A stretch of DNA of 55,790 nt, counting the filler, from Sphacelaria rigidula (taxonomy: Eukaryota), in assembly GCA_964200075.2 (NCBI GenBank). It is 6 parts of 6 records of this genome, joined end to end, with 100 filler letters (N's around TTAATTAATTAA, not from the genome) between each part and the next. Parts side by side here need not be neighbours in the genome. Positions count along the whole stretch, not along the records: positions 27,947 to 37,161 come from CAXNAA020009026.1; positions 37,262 to 46,476 come from CAXNAA020009027.1; 4 more parts are not named here. The stretch is one strand, 5' to 3'. Below are positions 35,218-46,576 of the stretch, in pieces. Position 1 is the first letter of the stretch. Each line of letters opens with the position of its first letter. The notes under the pieces were generated by a model. It worked only from the letters and a program-made list of their open reading frames with translations, was not told where the DNA came from and did not search any database. Made by a program: the position numbers and the translations under genes.

Positions 35218-36532
35218 GGAGGGACCTACATGCATGGACTCGAAGTCGATTGCATCTGCTGCTAAAAATCACAGCGGATCGATCGTAGGCCTCTGCAGTA
35301 TCCGGCTTATAAAATATTGACACATGTCACGCCACATGTGGTGGAGTCATGTTCATCGCTCATGGCGGTCTCCGCCCACCCAATATGATGGAACAGGATA
35401 GCTCTGTATTGTGTACTGCACTGTACTGTACCGACTATGGCACAGGTATGTGCGTGGCAGCGACCTGGCGGGCCCGGACTACTCTGTTTATGTCTAGGCG
35501 TTGTGCCTTTTACTGTAACAACTATTCTGACCCGCCCTCCAAATAAGCCGGGCCAACAAAGCCCGCTTCACGACTGGACGCTATAAAACCTGAAAGGGCG
35601 CTTGTCGCTATTTTGGTGAAAACATCATGTGCTGGCGTCGCGGCGTCATTTGGGTTTGCAGCTGGCTCGATGTAGTGTGGGAAGGGAGCTCGGCTCGTGC
35701 AAGGCACAGTTCACCATCGATGAGGCTCGTTCAGACGAATCTCGTCTCGCTGAATCGTCATCGCGGATGTCGAGTGATGAGATAAAAAAAAGTGAGCCGC
35801 GCCACGTTCGCGGCCGTGATTGTCAGCACCATTCGGGACTGTTATTTTTTGCAGATGCTGCCGTTTCTGGGCATAACTCATGCTACACCGGGCGTTGGAC
35901 AGAGCTTTGGGTATCGACGTGTAGGCAGGAAGAAGGGCGGCCGTTCCAGCCATCCTGGCTTTGACCAGAGCATCGTCGGGCTTGCTCTGCTTTCGGAGAG
36001 CAATTACTACAGTCACACACACAGACATCAAGCACGGTTTCGTAAGTCTTGCAACCATGGAAATGTTGTGGTGTACATCCGTCCGTGTGGGCACCGATGA
36101 TACGGCAAAACATTTCACGGGCCTGAAACCAGAATCGCACCGAAACGGGCTCAGGTGATCTCGGCAGACCAACTAGCCTTTGCCCAAATAAATCACTTGA
36201 ATGCGTTTGAAATCCAATCCAGATTACCGCGCGTAAGAGTCGGTCTTGGGGAAAGACACTGTTGGGCCCGACATCAGATCGTGCACACTGCGCGAGACGA
36301 AGATCTTCCGGCACGCACGGGAGTTGTTTTCCCGCCTGGAACCGAGGTCTGCACCCAATCACGTCACGTGTCCTCGTGTGTTTTCATTCATTTGATGGGA
36401 GTTTCGAGTAACCTGGCGCAACTATTTGCCTCTCTCCCTGCGCTCTGTGTGGTGACTGTTGTGCCAAATACTCCATATCCTGTCAACTGCATGGATGACG
36501 GTCAATATTTATGCGAAAATTTATCTCCAATA

Positions 36533-36597
36533 TACCGAAAGGTGCAGATCGGCCTCAGAATAAATGGGACGACACCGCACACACAACACACACACAA
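36533..36597 (+). mobile_element. SINE family 1 tail fragment
   Basis: TACCGAAAGGTGCAGATCGGCCTCAGAATAAATGGGACGACACC..CACACA. Confidence 0.7.
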
Positions 36598-37141
36598 TTA
36601 ATCTATTCCCCCCCCCCCCTTCTAGAGGACGTAATGGTACAGTTTCTCGGCCGTGCCAGTACTGGAAGAAGGAAGTCTTCAAACTGGGGCAACACCTTCG
36701 TTGCACTACTCAGTTGGAAACAGCAAGTTGACGGGGGGAAAAAATGAAACTCGCACCACAGGAAAGTGTACCAAGGAACCGGCGCATGTTGTGGCACTCC
36801 GCACCTACGCTGTGTCCACGCGGTGATGATTGCTTTTGTGCATATTTTTGTTTGGTTGCTAATTTGCCCAGCATTGGGATCGGAAAAACAATCCTCCCCG
36901 AATGCCAATAAATGATAGTGCGTTCCCGCCGGTAGCTAGGTATGTGTGGAACGTAAAGTCCCTGCCCACGAAAGCTTTTTGCACTGCTCTGCACGAGCTC
37001 CAAACTAGAGGTTTGTGAGAATCATGTACGTGCGACCTTAGTAGTGTCTTGGCGTGGGGGAAAATCGGATTATGGGACTGACTTTACTCTTTACTTGAAA
37101 GTGTACCACACGTCGGACAGATCAGTTTCTATGCGATCCAG

Positions 37142-37161
37142 CTCCTACAGGTGAAGTATGA
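37142..37161 (+). CDS. Possible start of WDR24 exon 2 (LLQVKY), cut by contig end
   Basis: TCCAG acceptor; phase 0 and hydrophobic pattern fit continuation after GRDLMK. Confidence 0.25.
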
Positions 37162-37261
37162 NNNNNNNNNNNNNNNNNNNNNNNNNNNNNNNNNNNNNNN
37201 NNNNNTTAATTAATTAANNNNNNNNNNNNNNNNNNNNNNNNNNNNNNNNNNNNNNNNNNNN
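37162..37261. other. Artificial contig spacer
   Basis: N-run with TTAATTAATTAA. Confidence 0.98.
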
Positions 37262-37330
37262 GGGGGGGGTACTCATTCGTTGCTTGCCTTAGTCGTTTGA
37301 CCATTTACCACGCATCCCTTTCGAGACGGA
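37262..37330 (-). repeat. Family E module
   Basis: G-run then TACTCATTCGTTGCTTGCCTTAGTCGTTTGACCATT..CCACGCATCCCTTTCGAGACGGA. Confidence 0.85.
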
Positions 37331-38071
37331 GCACGGGGGGTACATTGGGTCTCGGAGGGTTTTTTAGGCACTCCTGAAGGGCGTGATGTTGAAGTCATTT
37401 TTGACTGACGACGCGCTTGACAATTGACGCAATATTCCGTGCACGCGACCGGTAACTGGAGACAACACCCCTGCGAAACCGTCAGCGACGCAGTGTACAG
37501 AAAGAGCCTTGTCACGTCGCGCCTTGACCCAAAAATTGGCGAATTAATCTTCAAGTCGAGCCAAGTCGTTTTTTGTTTTTGGGCAGATTTCAGGGTCCAC
37601 ATAGAAAAATGAGAAGAGGAACGAACGGTGACTTGACCGAGCTGGGTCATGTTGCGCGGGAAACGGTTATTGAGAATTTTACGAGCCCACGCGAATATAG
37701 AGGTTCCTCGCTGTACGGCCGCGCGGCCAAGCGCAGGCGCACTTGATCCAAGGATCACCCTTTCTCAGCTACATCAGAGCTTTGATCCGCAAAAATTAGA
37801 TTCAGTTGTGACAAAGCAATACCGAGGCGCGCGAAAGTGAAAATGGAAACGGGGCAACCAAGAGCCACACTTCGGTGTACGTGATGGTGCGTCGCGAGCA
37901 GTAGATTCTCGCACGGCGGTGGTGTAGTACAAAAGTGCTGTGTGCATCATTACTCTATATATCTAGCCGCGCTAGTCGGTTGCAACAAAACATTCATGGC
38001 ACCGCGTACATTCTCGTTCATCGGTGCTACCCTTTTCTCTCAGTCTGTCGAAATGGATTTTGGCATTCATA

Positions 38072-38420
38072 CGCCCCGGTGGCTCAGTTGGTAACCTCGA
38101 AACCTTCAGATGGTTGAGTAGTGGGGTTCAATTCCTCGAGCGATCTAGGGATTTTTCTCACAATATCCCCAACAGGCAGAGCGACTATGTCGTATGTACA
38201 CAAAACTCGACTTCAAGGTCGACGAGGGAAAGGGAGTCCTGAACCCCTCTCGCAATAAAAAAGAAAGGCAAGCACCGCAGAAGGAAGGTGGGGCACTATA
38301 AACAAACAAAAAAGAAAAACTCCTGTGTTCACCTTCCTCCTGTGTGACCCCGGCTGGTGCGCCCACATAAACCGAAAGGTGCAGGCTGGCGCCCAGAATA
38401 AATGGGACGACAACACAGAC
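38072..38420 (+). mobile_element. SINE family 1, near full length
   Basis: A box TGGCTCAGTTGG, B box GGTTCAATTCC; body and tail match 45132-45497. Confidence 0.88.
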
Positions 38421-39039
38421 TCCCACTGACAAGCGAGAAAATAATGATGAAAAACAAAGAGGAATATTTTCGGGTCCCCCGTCGAACCCGGGATTTTTTT
38501 AATTATCACTTATTGCCCAGAGAATCGTCACCGAATTATGGGTCAAGGCACGACCTCACAGTTTTGCTCCTCGATGTTCCCCGAGGAAGGGGGCCTACCA
38601 CTCTCCAGTCCCGAATATACTCTTGTTTATGGGGCAGAAATGTTGAAGCCGATCATCAGCAGTGTCTCAGTGACACCAGTTTTTACGCGGCGTTTGGCGG
38701 CGGCTGCAGTTTGGTCTCGAGAAAATCCAGACCGAAGAAAGCTCGACCCCTTTACCAAGAACAGGACAGGTGTTGTGGTACACTCCGTGACATCCGTAAC
38801 TAAGGTTTTTAAAGTGCGTCATATGTGATCCGGTGCGGTACAGACATGATTGCACACCTTACCGTAGGTGGCATATGTCGTGGTGTGTGTACCGTTTATC
38901 CAGCTTGGTCACGGCTGTCTTGTGAACATGACTGGATTCAGAGCGGATCAGTGAATGTGCAACTATCGGCCAATCAATCGAATCAATCCACTAATCACAC
39001 GATAGCTTCAACGGGGTATATCACCTGAGGAGGACGGAG

Positions 39040-39176
39040 GTTTACTCGTGATCTTGCATGACGTTTTCATATAACCATTGACCTACTTCCCTACAAAGCC
39101 GGGACGGAGCACACCGGGTTTTCGCCGGACCAGGCTTACCCGAGGAGAAAGGTGTACTCATGATCTTGCATACCGT
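39040..39176 (-). repeat. Family D 3' fragment
   Basis: CCCTACAAAGCCGGGACGGAGCAC.CCGGGTTTT also at 18321-18355. Confidence 0.75.
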
Positions 39177-39178
39177 AG

Positions 39179-39340
39179 TTGTACCGGGGGGAAGGTATGA
39201 TTACCATGATGGTTATGCTGTACAACTGGATCTGGGAAAACAAGTACACACCCAAGAGGTGGGGAGAAGGAGTTGTCGTCAATATTTTAAAAAAAGGGGA
39301 CAAGGCTGACCCAGGGAACTATAGAGGGATAACGCTACTG
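39179..39340 (+). mobile_element. Non-LTR retrotransposon (LINE) RT N-terminal fragment
   Basis: LYNWIWENKYTPKRWGEGVVVNILKKGDKADPGNYRGITLL, the canonical KKGD...NYRGITL motif. Confidence 0.85.
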
Positions 39341-39342
39341 AG

Positions 39343-39465
39343 GTGGGGGGGGGGGGGGCCTACTCATATTTGGTTTCCCTTGGTTGTTTTACCGTCGACC
39401 ACTCATCCCTTTCTGGGCGGNNNNNNNNNNAAAAAGAAAGGGCAAGGGGTGGCGCAAGGGTGCGA

Positions 39466-39500
<35 letters not shown>

Positions 39501-39563
39501 CGTACTCATCTGTGGTTTGCCTTGGTCGTTTGACCATTGACCACTCATCCCTTTCGAGACGGA
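39343..39563 (-). repeat. Two family E modules with G-runs
   Basis: G-run + TACTCAT...CCACTCATCCCTTTC twice. Confidence 0.8.
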
Positions 39564-39974
39564 GCACAGTTCCTACTCCTCATAGAGTGAACGTTGAGGA
39601 GGGAGGAGTCGCAAGTGAGAAACGAAATCACCCTGGGCGACACGAAACGCGACCTCGATTGCCTTTCAGCACTCTCATGGGACAATAAAACTTGCTCTCA
39701 TTTGCCGTATCATACAGACAGTATGTCTCCGCACGATGTTGGTCAGACCTCGCTCCGGGGCAATACAAATGGCTTGTTGACCTGCAACATCGGGAAAAAC
39801 AGACGCTATATATCTTAGCCGAGCCCGTCTTCTCTGAATGTTAGCAACCACCCCCAATGGCGAACAAGAAGCATACCGTGTATCTCGTGATCCCCAAGCT
39901 GTAACATATGCATATGTCAATACCACCACTTGGAGAGAGAAAATTGCCGTAAGAACCCGTTCAGGTTCCATCAC

Positions 39975-40354
39975 CTCTTCACATTGAAGACACGATGAGA
40001 CAGATGAACATGTATGCCTGAACAGAAGGCCCCGAGTTCGAAATCCCGGCCCCTATCAACGCGATAGGTGAACTACTCGGTCGAAGCTAAGCAGATGACA
40101 CAAAATCCATCGGGTTGACATGTGGACCAGAAAACTGGCGAGTGGCTACCAAGCGGAGTTCACAAGCTCACGGGCACGTTTTCCGTGGAGATTGTTGGCT
40201 TGGGTATATCCAACACTCTCAGAGGTCATATGAGCAAAAGTTGTACAAAATCCTCACTGCTAGTCGTCTAAGCAAGTCACCCTTACACATATGTTCTTCT
40301 TGTCAAAGACGCACAAGGCGGCTCGTAACATGGGGGTGATGATACGGATACCAC
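39975..40354 (+). repeat. Dispersed repeat family C (SINE-like)
   Basis: Homologous to 17505-17875; B-box-like AGTTCGAAATCCC. Confidence 0.6.
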
Positions 40355-40567
40355 CACAGAAGAAAAAAAATGCCGATTGTCCGTCGAGGTCCCGTCACGT
40401 TTTCACATATACGCATTTTTTCGCCATGCAATCGATGAACATTAATAAGGGGTCGATCTATACGCCATCTGGCGCCCCAAGGGTATACATCTCCAACCTT
40501 TGTCAAGACCAACGTCGACCAATCACGCTCACAAATGCATGGTCGATCAATCGTTGTGTTGCTGCAG

Positions 40568-40705
40568 CGGTGGCAGTTGCTGGAGCGGTTCGTGATTTTC
40601 CAGGCGAAGCTGCTGCACCCGCTGGACACGGCAGGCTGGACCACCATCCTCGAGAGTACAGTCAAGACCCTGCTGGAACAACGTCCTCTGCAGTGCCTCT
40701 CTCAA
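40568..40705 (+). CDS. Exon of unknown helical protein (RWQLLERFVIFQAKLLHPLDTAGWTTILESTVKTLLEQRPLQCLSQ)
   Basis: TGCAG acceptor (alternative at 40604), GTGAGG donor, phase 0-0. Confidence 0.55.
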
Positions 40706-41541
40706 GTGAGGGAACCGTAGTTGAAGATAAGAAGGAGCGCGATTTTGTTCAACACAAACTGAATGACTGCAACATTCAAGCAACCAACCAACCAACACCG
40801 GTGTCAGCTTGTGCGATGGATGATTCAATAACAAATGAAGACCGATCATCATGTACCCACCTCTTGCTGTCTTCTTGTCCTCCGTTTTTTACGTTCGTGT
40901 ATGAGGACAAGAAGGATATGTTCCAACATACAATGGGAAGCGAAAAGGGGTGCACGCATGACGTTGTTCATTCACAGTACCGTAGAATATGCAGAAGGGT
41001 TATTCATGCAGCAACCACATACCGAGAGCACAATCGGCCTCTTCTTTCCCACATCACGAGCTGGAGAAAACATATGCCGTTTTGGAGCAATGCGGTGTAC
41101 ACGTTACCCTTAGTCGGACGCACCTCAGGTGTTGGGTGGCTTCAAACACGGTAGCGTTCCAGGTTTCGCATTCAGTTGCTTAGTTGGCCCTGTTTTGTCC
41201 TTTTTTCTATGTGCTTTTTTCCGAATCCCAGAGCAATATGCTCTGCTCTTCAGCGAAGCCCGCATGTTTGTGTCTCATACCCACTGTGGACGCAGTGTTT
41301 TCTTTTTCCCCCGCAGACGTCATTTCGCGGGCACAAAAGACTCAAGGTGTCTTCATTGATTGGACCAAAACAATATGCCTCGAGCTGAAATAAAAATTTC
41401 ACTCGTGTATCCTGTTTTTCTCATCCTTCTTATTACTCCGTATTTATTTTTTGCTTTTGCCTCTCCGCCAAGTCAAGCATGGGTCGGTCCTCGTTTTTCT
41501 GGGCTTGATTCCAGAGGGTACAAGGGAAACGCTCATAAACC

Positions 41542-41566
41542 AATCAATCAATCAATCAATCAATCA
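41542..41566. repeat. (CAAT)n microsatellite
   Basis: Direct reading. Confidence 0.9.
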
Positions 41567-41915
41567 AATAAAAAGCGTTTCGTTGTTGTTGTGTGCATTT
41601 TTTTTGAACTTTCGAGATAGATGGAATTGTTCTCAATAGTGACCGGTACCAGCAATCGGGTATCCTTCAAGAGCATACCCGCGCTGCGGGTACAGGCGAA
41701 CATTCTGTACAAAACTCACAGACCTGTCGGGTAAGGGTATGGGAGGCTTACAGAACTCACAGAAACTGATGGTGAAGCCATGGAGCATGTCACGCGTTCG
41801 CGAGTTATTCTTCGCTCCCGTCATTTTCGCCTTCCTCCCCTTCGCCTTGTTCATTCATGTTTACCTGGTCTTCTCGCCTTCCCTCCCTATTTTCTACGCG
41901 GAATGATGAACACAG

Positions 41916-42041
41916 AGGGGCAGGTTAGCGGTGGCAATGTCCATCGTTGGGACCCGCAGGACTGAGCTGTTTTCCCCGACAGTTCTGGTCGTTCTTGGGT
42001 CGGACTGGCCGATGGACGAAACAGCTCAAACTCTTCTCGAG
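41916..42041 (+). CDS. Exon of the same unknown gene (..TELFSPTVLVVLGSDWPMDETAQTLLE)
   Basis: CACAG acceptor (several alternatives), GAG|GTATAA donor, open frame. Confidence 0.5.
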
Positions 42042-43647
42042 GTATAACCGATTTCGTGCGGATGTTGGATTTTTTTTTTTGTTTTAGTTTTGGCGGGGCA
42101 GGGTAAAAGGAAGAGAGACGAGGGCTTGTCTTGAAAAAAGCTTGCTTGAAATGACGCATGGAGCATTGTCACGTATGCACGCGTGTACGGGACGCGGCTG
42201 AAAAATATGTCTGCGCCTACAGGCATTCAGCAATGTACTCCCCGTTATGGGCGTATGGCGTTCACGGCGTTCCCAGGTCTTGTAGCATGCATGTAGCTAT
42301 GGCAAGAGTGCGGGTTGCGGAGGGTACGTCGCTGTGTCACGCACGTCCATCTTCAGAACTCCAGCCCTGCTCGCACTTCTCGTCTTTCAAATATTGCGTT
42401 TGCAACACGTCGCACTGTCTATAGCCTACAGTGTTCAAAATGCAGGTAGGGCTTTGTGAGTGTGGGTGAACACAGCAATGTCCGGCCCCTTCTCTCCTCT
42501 CACCACAAACGGCCAATCTAATAAGGACGAAGCGGGTGCGTCCAGTCTCTCTCTATACAGATACCAAAAATCCGAGCGAAGGGGAACGAGTGATCAATAC
42601 TCCAAGTGAAGGAAAAAACATATGATGTACTCTGAGATATGGTCGAGGATGTAAATATTTTTATTTTTCCACTACTCTACGTGCGGGCATTGTGTGAAAA
42701 ACCACGTGTATCATGGACTACGGTGGGAAACACCCCCGGGATAATTTGTTTAGCCTCAATTCTTGTCGGAATGAACCGACTGTTGGAGCCGAAAGAGCTC
42801 GGGTCGATGTGAAAATCCCACCGGAAATGTTCATCTATGTACGAGGTCAAAGGGATTCAGGGATTACGATCTTCACCATAGATGAAGTCGATCTAGGCAA
42901 AGTTGTTTATTCTCTCGCCGGCATTTGTTGGTAACCCTGTTGTACCTACTCCTCACATTGAAGTGTGCACCTATCGGCAACTGTCTACATGTTCTGCCGA
43001 ATATTCTGAGTTTCACCAATATGTCGCTTGTATGTATTCTTTATTGGATTCTCGCAAAAGCTCTGCCATGACTTCATTATCCCCCCCCACCCACCCCTGC
43101 GCGCACGAGACTATGAGTTGAATCATGACCCTTGTTCGTTCTACTACTCTCATACTATACCTGGTCCTTATCCTGTTAGGAGGGGGTATTATTCCTCGTG
43201 TGTATTCTACGGTACAGTATTGAAACGATGTTCTCCCCCAGTGCAGCAGGAATCATGTAGAGATGAACTGTGTGCTATTCGGCGCATGCCTGGGTTGAAC
43301 ATTTTTCCTTCACACGTATCCGAGAAGCGGATGTCTTGTACGTCAGAAGCAGCGTTTCTGCGCACAAGCATACGCACATGGTGCATTTAGACGCATTTTT
43401 GCTCTTTTTTTTTTTAATAGATAACTACGCGATGAATATTTTCACACTACAATCCGATTCCCTGGGTCTGTGGTCTCGGAGGGTACATGAACATGCAGGA
43501 ACCGACCGCAGCAACCCAGTGTTTGCGCAAACACGTATTTACTTGCAGTTTTCTGTTTTCTGGTACATACTTCGTAGACGAGAACGGCCTCGTTGCCCCT
43601 AACCCCTAGTGCACGCAACATCTCAGATTCTAGAATTTGCCTTTTTT

Positions 43648-44376
43648 AGTAGGTCAGCTGCCGCGCCCCGGTGGTGTAATGGTCCGACTGTCGTCATTAG
43701 GGTGGAGAGGACGACGGTTCGATTCCCGATGCGTTGGGCTTTTTCTTCGTGGTATCTGATTTCCACCGTGGAAAACGTGATAACGTGAGTAAACAACGTA
43801 ATTGACTGAGTTTGTTTGATGTGAGTTGACGCGGTGCGGGAGTGCTGATAGTCATGACCCAATCCGCAAGACCAAAATTCAAGGCGTGTACCGGGGAGAG
43901 ATGGGTTGATCCCTTGAGGCCATTACACTACCGACTCGTCCCGAGGAACAGGAGCAGTCCAAAGTGCGACATGAAAATCAACAAATAAAACTAAAATAGT
44001 AGGTCAGCCGCCGCGCCCGGATGGTCTAATGGTACGACTGATTCCATACCACGTGGATCGAGGAGGTTGTGGATCGTTTCCAACCAAAACCACCAGATGC
44101 GATCAGCTTCGATTTTTCTGCGAAGTATCTGATTTCCATCGTTGAAAGGGCGGGAGGACGTACGTAAGTAGCGATAAAATGTTCCGAGTTTGTTGTACGA
44201 GGGTCGACGCAATGCGGGAGTTCTGATTAGATCTGCGATACCAATATATATATATATATATGTAGGGCGTGTGCAGGGGCAGAGATGGGTTGATCCCTTG
44301 AGACCGTAAGACGACCATAATAGCCCATGACCTCGTTCCGACGAAAGGGAGGGGTTAAAAGTGTGCCAAAATGAAA
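43648..44376 (+). mobile_element. Two head-to-tail tRNA-derived SINEs (family 2)
   Basis: Heads at 43648 and 43998 (AGTAGGTCAGC.GCCGCGCCC); A box TGGTGTAATGG, B box GGTTCGATTCC in copy 1; shared AGAGATGGGTTGATCCCTTGAG. Confidence 0.8.
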
Positions 44377-44613
44377 AGTAGGCGCTGGGGATATAATTAT
44401 TGAGCACTGTCATGACTGTCATCACTCCCGCAGCCCGTCGGTACTCTGTTTCAATATCGAATTTTATTAATTTTTCGTGAAGTCATGCCATTTGTGTGTG
44501 ACCGTCTGCCGTACCCACACCACAATCGTTTGTGTGCCTCTATCTCGTATCGGGTTCATTGCTCCGCTGTGTGTGTTGTCGATGAATACATATATATGGA
44601 AATGCATTTGCAG

Positions 44614-44771
44614 GATGTGGCACGGCAGTCGTGCTTGGCCGTCTTTCGCCGTGAAGTGCTACGCTCTGTCCCACAGGAATGGTCTCAAGCGAACATTGCC
44701 CAAACCCTCGAGGAAGGAGTTTCGTTCACCCTTCAGCGCTGGCCGTCATCACCTGCTCAGGGCATAGCCAG
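44614..44771 (+). CDS. Exon of the same unknown gene (DVARQSCLAVFRREVLRSVPQEWSQANIAQTLEEGVSFTLQRWPSSPAQGIAR)
   Basis: TTGCAG acceptor, CAG|GTCAGT donor. Confidence 0.65.
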
Positions 44772-44809
44772 GTCAGTCGTGAACTCAAGAGGTAGGTAGG
44801 TGGTACCAC

Positions 44810-45122
44810 TTTTCATCGATTCAAGAGGCAGCCTCGTCAGTCATCATCCATTCAAGGAGCATTCAGGCTGGGCTTACATTTCTTTTGAAGGTCATTGAAG
44901 TCATGGGTCATCATCCATTCAAGAAACATTCAGGCTTGTCATCATCCACTGAAGATGCGCTTAGGTTTGTCAGTCATCATCCACTCTAAGAACGTTATAG
45001 TCGTTGTCCATTTTCGAAACCGCCAGGCTAGACAAGATAAACATCATCAATTCAAAGCATGCTCGATCATTCACGTTCATTCAAGAAGCAGTCAAGATAG
45101 TCAGTCATCATCCATTCATGAG
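44810..45122. repeat. Degenerate minisatellite of GTCATCATCCATTCAAG units
   Basis: About 8-9 imperfect copies at roughly 30-35 bp spacing. Confidence 0.75.
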
Positions 45123-45131
45123 AGTATATTG

Positions 45132-45497
45132 ACCGGTCGCCCCGGTGGCTCAGTTGGTAACCTCGAAACCCTCTAACGCTTCGGTCGTGGGTTCGAATAT
45201 CGGTGCAGTCACACGATCTCGGTTTTTTTCTCACCCAACACCCAACATTGGACAGCGACTACGTCGTGGGTACACAAAATTCGACTTCACGGTCGACGAG
45301 GGAAGGAACTGCCGAACCCCCCTCTTGATAAAAAAATAAGGCAAGCACCGCAGAACAAGGGCAGAGGACTGCAAACAATTAAAAAAGAAGGAAAACCCCT
45401 GTCTTGGCCTTCCTCCTGTGTAATCCCGGCTGGTATGCTCACATATACCGAAAGGTGTAGACTGGCGTCCAGAATAGATGGGATGGCAACACATATA
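45132..45497 (+). mobile_element. SINE family 1, full length
   Basis: A box TGGCTCAGTTGG (45146), B box GGTTCGAAT (45190), tail CCGAAAGGTGTAGACTGGCGTCCAGAATAGATGGGATGGCAACAC. Confidence 0.9.
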
Positions 45498-45759
45498 GCG
45501 GTCATTTTTGTGAAAGGAGCGGTCTGGTCCGTCTGCCAGCATCCAAGTAACAAGTCCGTCGATCATCACTTCAAGAAACAGGCAGTTTCGAGACTTCAAA
45601 GTGTGCCTTTACCTTTCTGTTCTATTCCGCTCGTCTTTTTCCTGTGAAAATTGTGCTCGGTATATTTCGACTGCGAGCCTGAATGGAAAAGGCTGATGTG
45701 AAAACGTGAAAGCCGTTCTCGTTGTGTGCCAACTATGGTGCATCTTAGCTTCTCTCCAG

Positions 45760-45798
45760 GTCACACGCCAGCATGCGCGGACTAGAAATGCAGCATCG
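45760..45798 (+). CDS. Candidate 39-nt exon (SHASMRGLEMQH)
   Basis: TCTCTCCAG acceptor, GTAGGT donor, phase compatible with 44614-44771. Confidence 0.4.
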
Positions 45799-46476
45799 GT
45801 AGGTCGCTTGGAAAAATCCCCGTTAAGAGACGCATATAGTTGATGATTATGAGCTATCTGGAATCGGCAAAAACTGTGCAGCTCTGATACAGCGACCGTC
45901 GTAATAAAAACTGAAACGCACAGCTTTGGCGTTGAGCTCAGAGTTAGTGTAAGTGTGTTCTTCGCTTTTTCGGGAAAATGTTATTTTCTGACCACAAGAT
46001 TTTTTTTCTTAACTGAATCTGACGTACAGTCTCCTATGTTTTTGCCGAATGAACAGTTTTTCGTGTGGTTTCGCCGGGGAGAATTTATTTGCCGATGTCA
46101 AAGATGCTTCTTCTATTTGGCTTTTTTCACGGAACTCTGACGAGGATGAGTATGGCAACTGACATAGCTTGCACGTCTTAGATAGGTGTATTGTGGGCGC
46201 CCAACCCCGCGGACGGCATTTTCTGTCATGCCGGCCATTTTATCCTGTGGTTTGTGCAGCCTCGTTAGCTGAGTCCCTGGCGGGGAGCCTGTCTGGAGTT
46301 TTGCCGAAACCTGCATTGCAGATCTTTTGGCTCTACTCTTGTTTGTTTGCTTCTTGTTTGATTTTTTGTTTTTCTCTCCGTTATTTCCGCTTCTTCGTCT
46401 ACCTTCCCCCCGTGAGGCAGTGTAAAAGCCGTGGCTGTCTCTGGAAGTGGTGATACTACAGAATAAAGCAACTCAT

Positions 46477-46576
46477 NNNNNNNNNNNNNNNNNNNNNNNN
46501 NNNNNNNNNNNNNNNNNNNNTTAATTAATTAANNNNNNNNNNNNNNNNNNNNNNNNNNNNNNNNNNNNNNNNNNNN
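46477..46576. other. Artificial contig spacer
   Basis: N-run with TTAATTAATTAA. Confidence 0.98.

Noticed and set aside
45132..45210. tRNA genes at SINE heads (also 38072, 28040, 43660)
   Set aside because: A/B boxes are present but there is no proper cloverleaf, and each continues into a repeated body.
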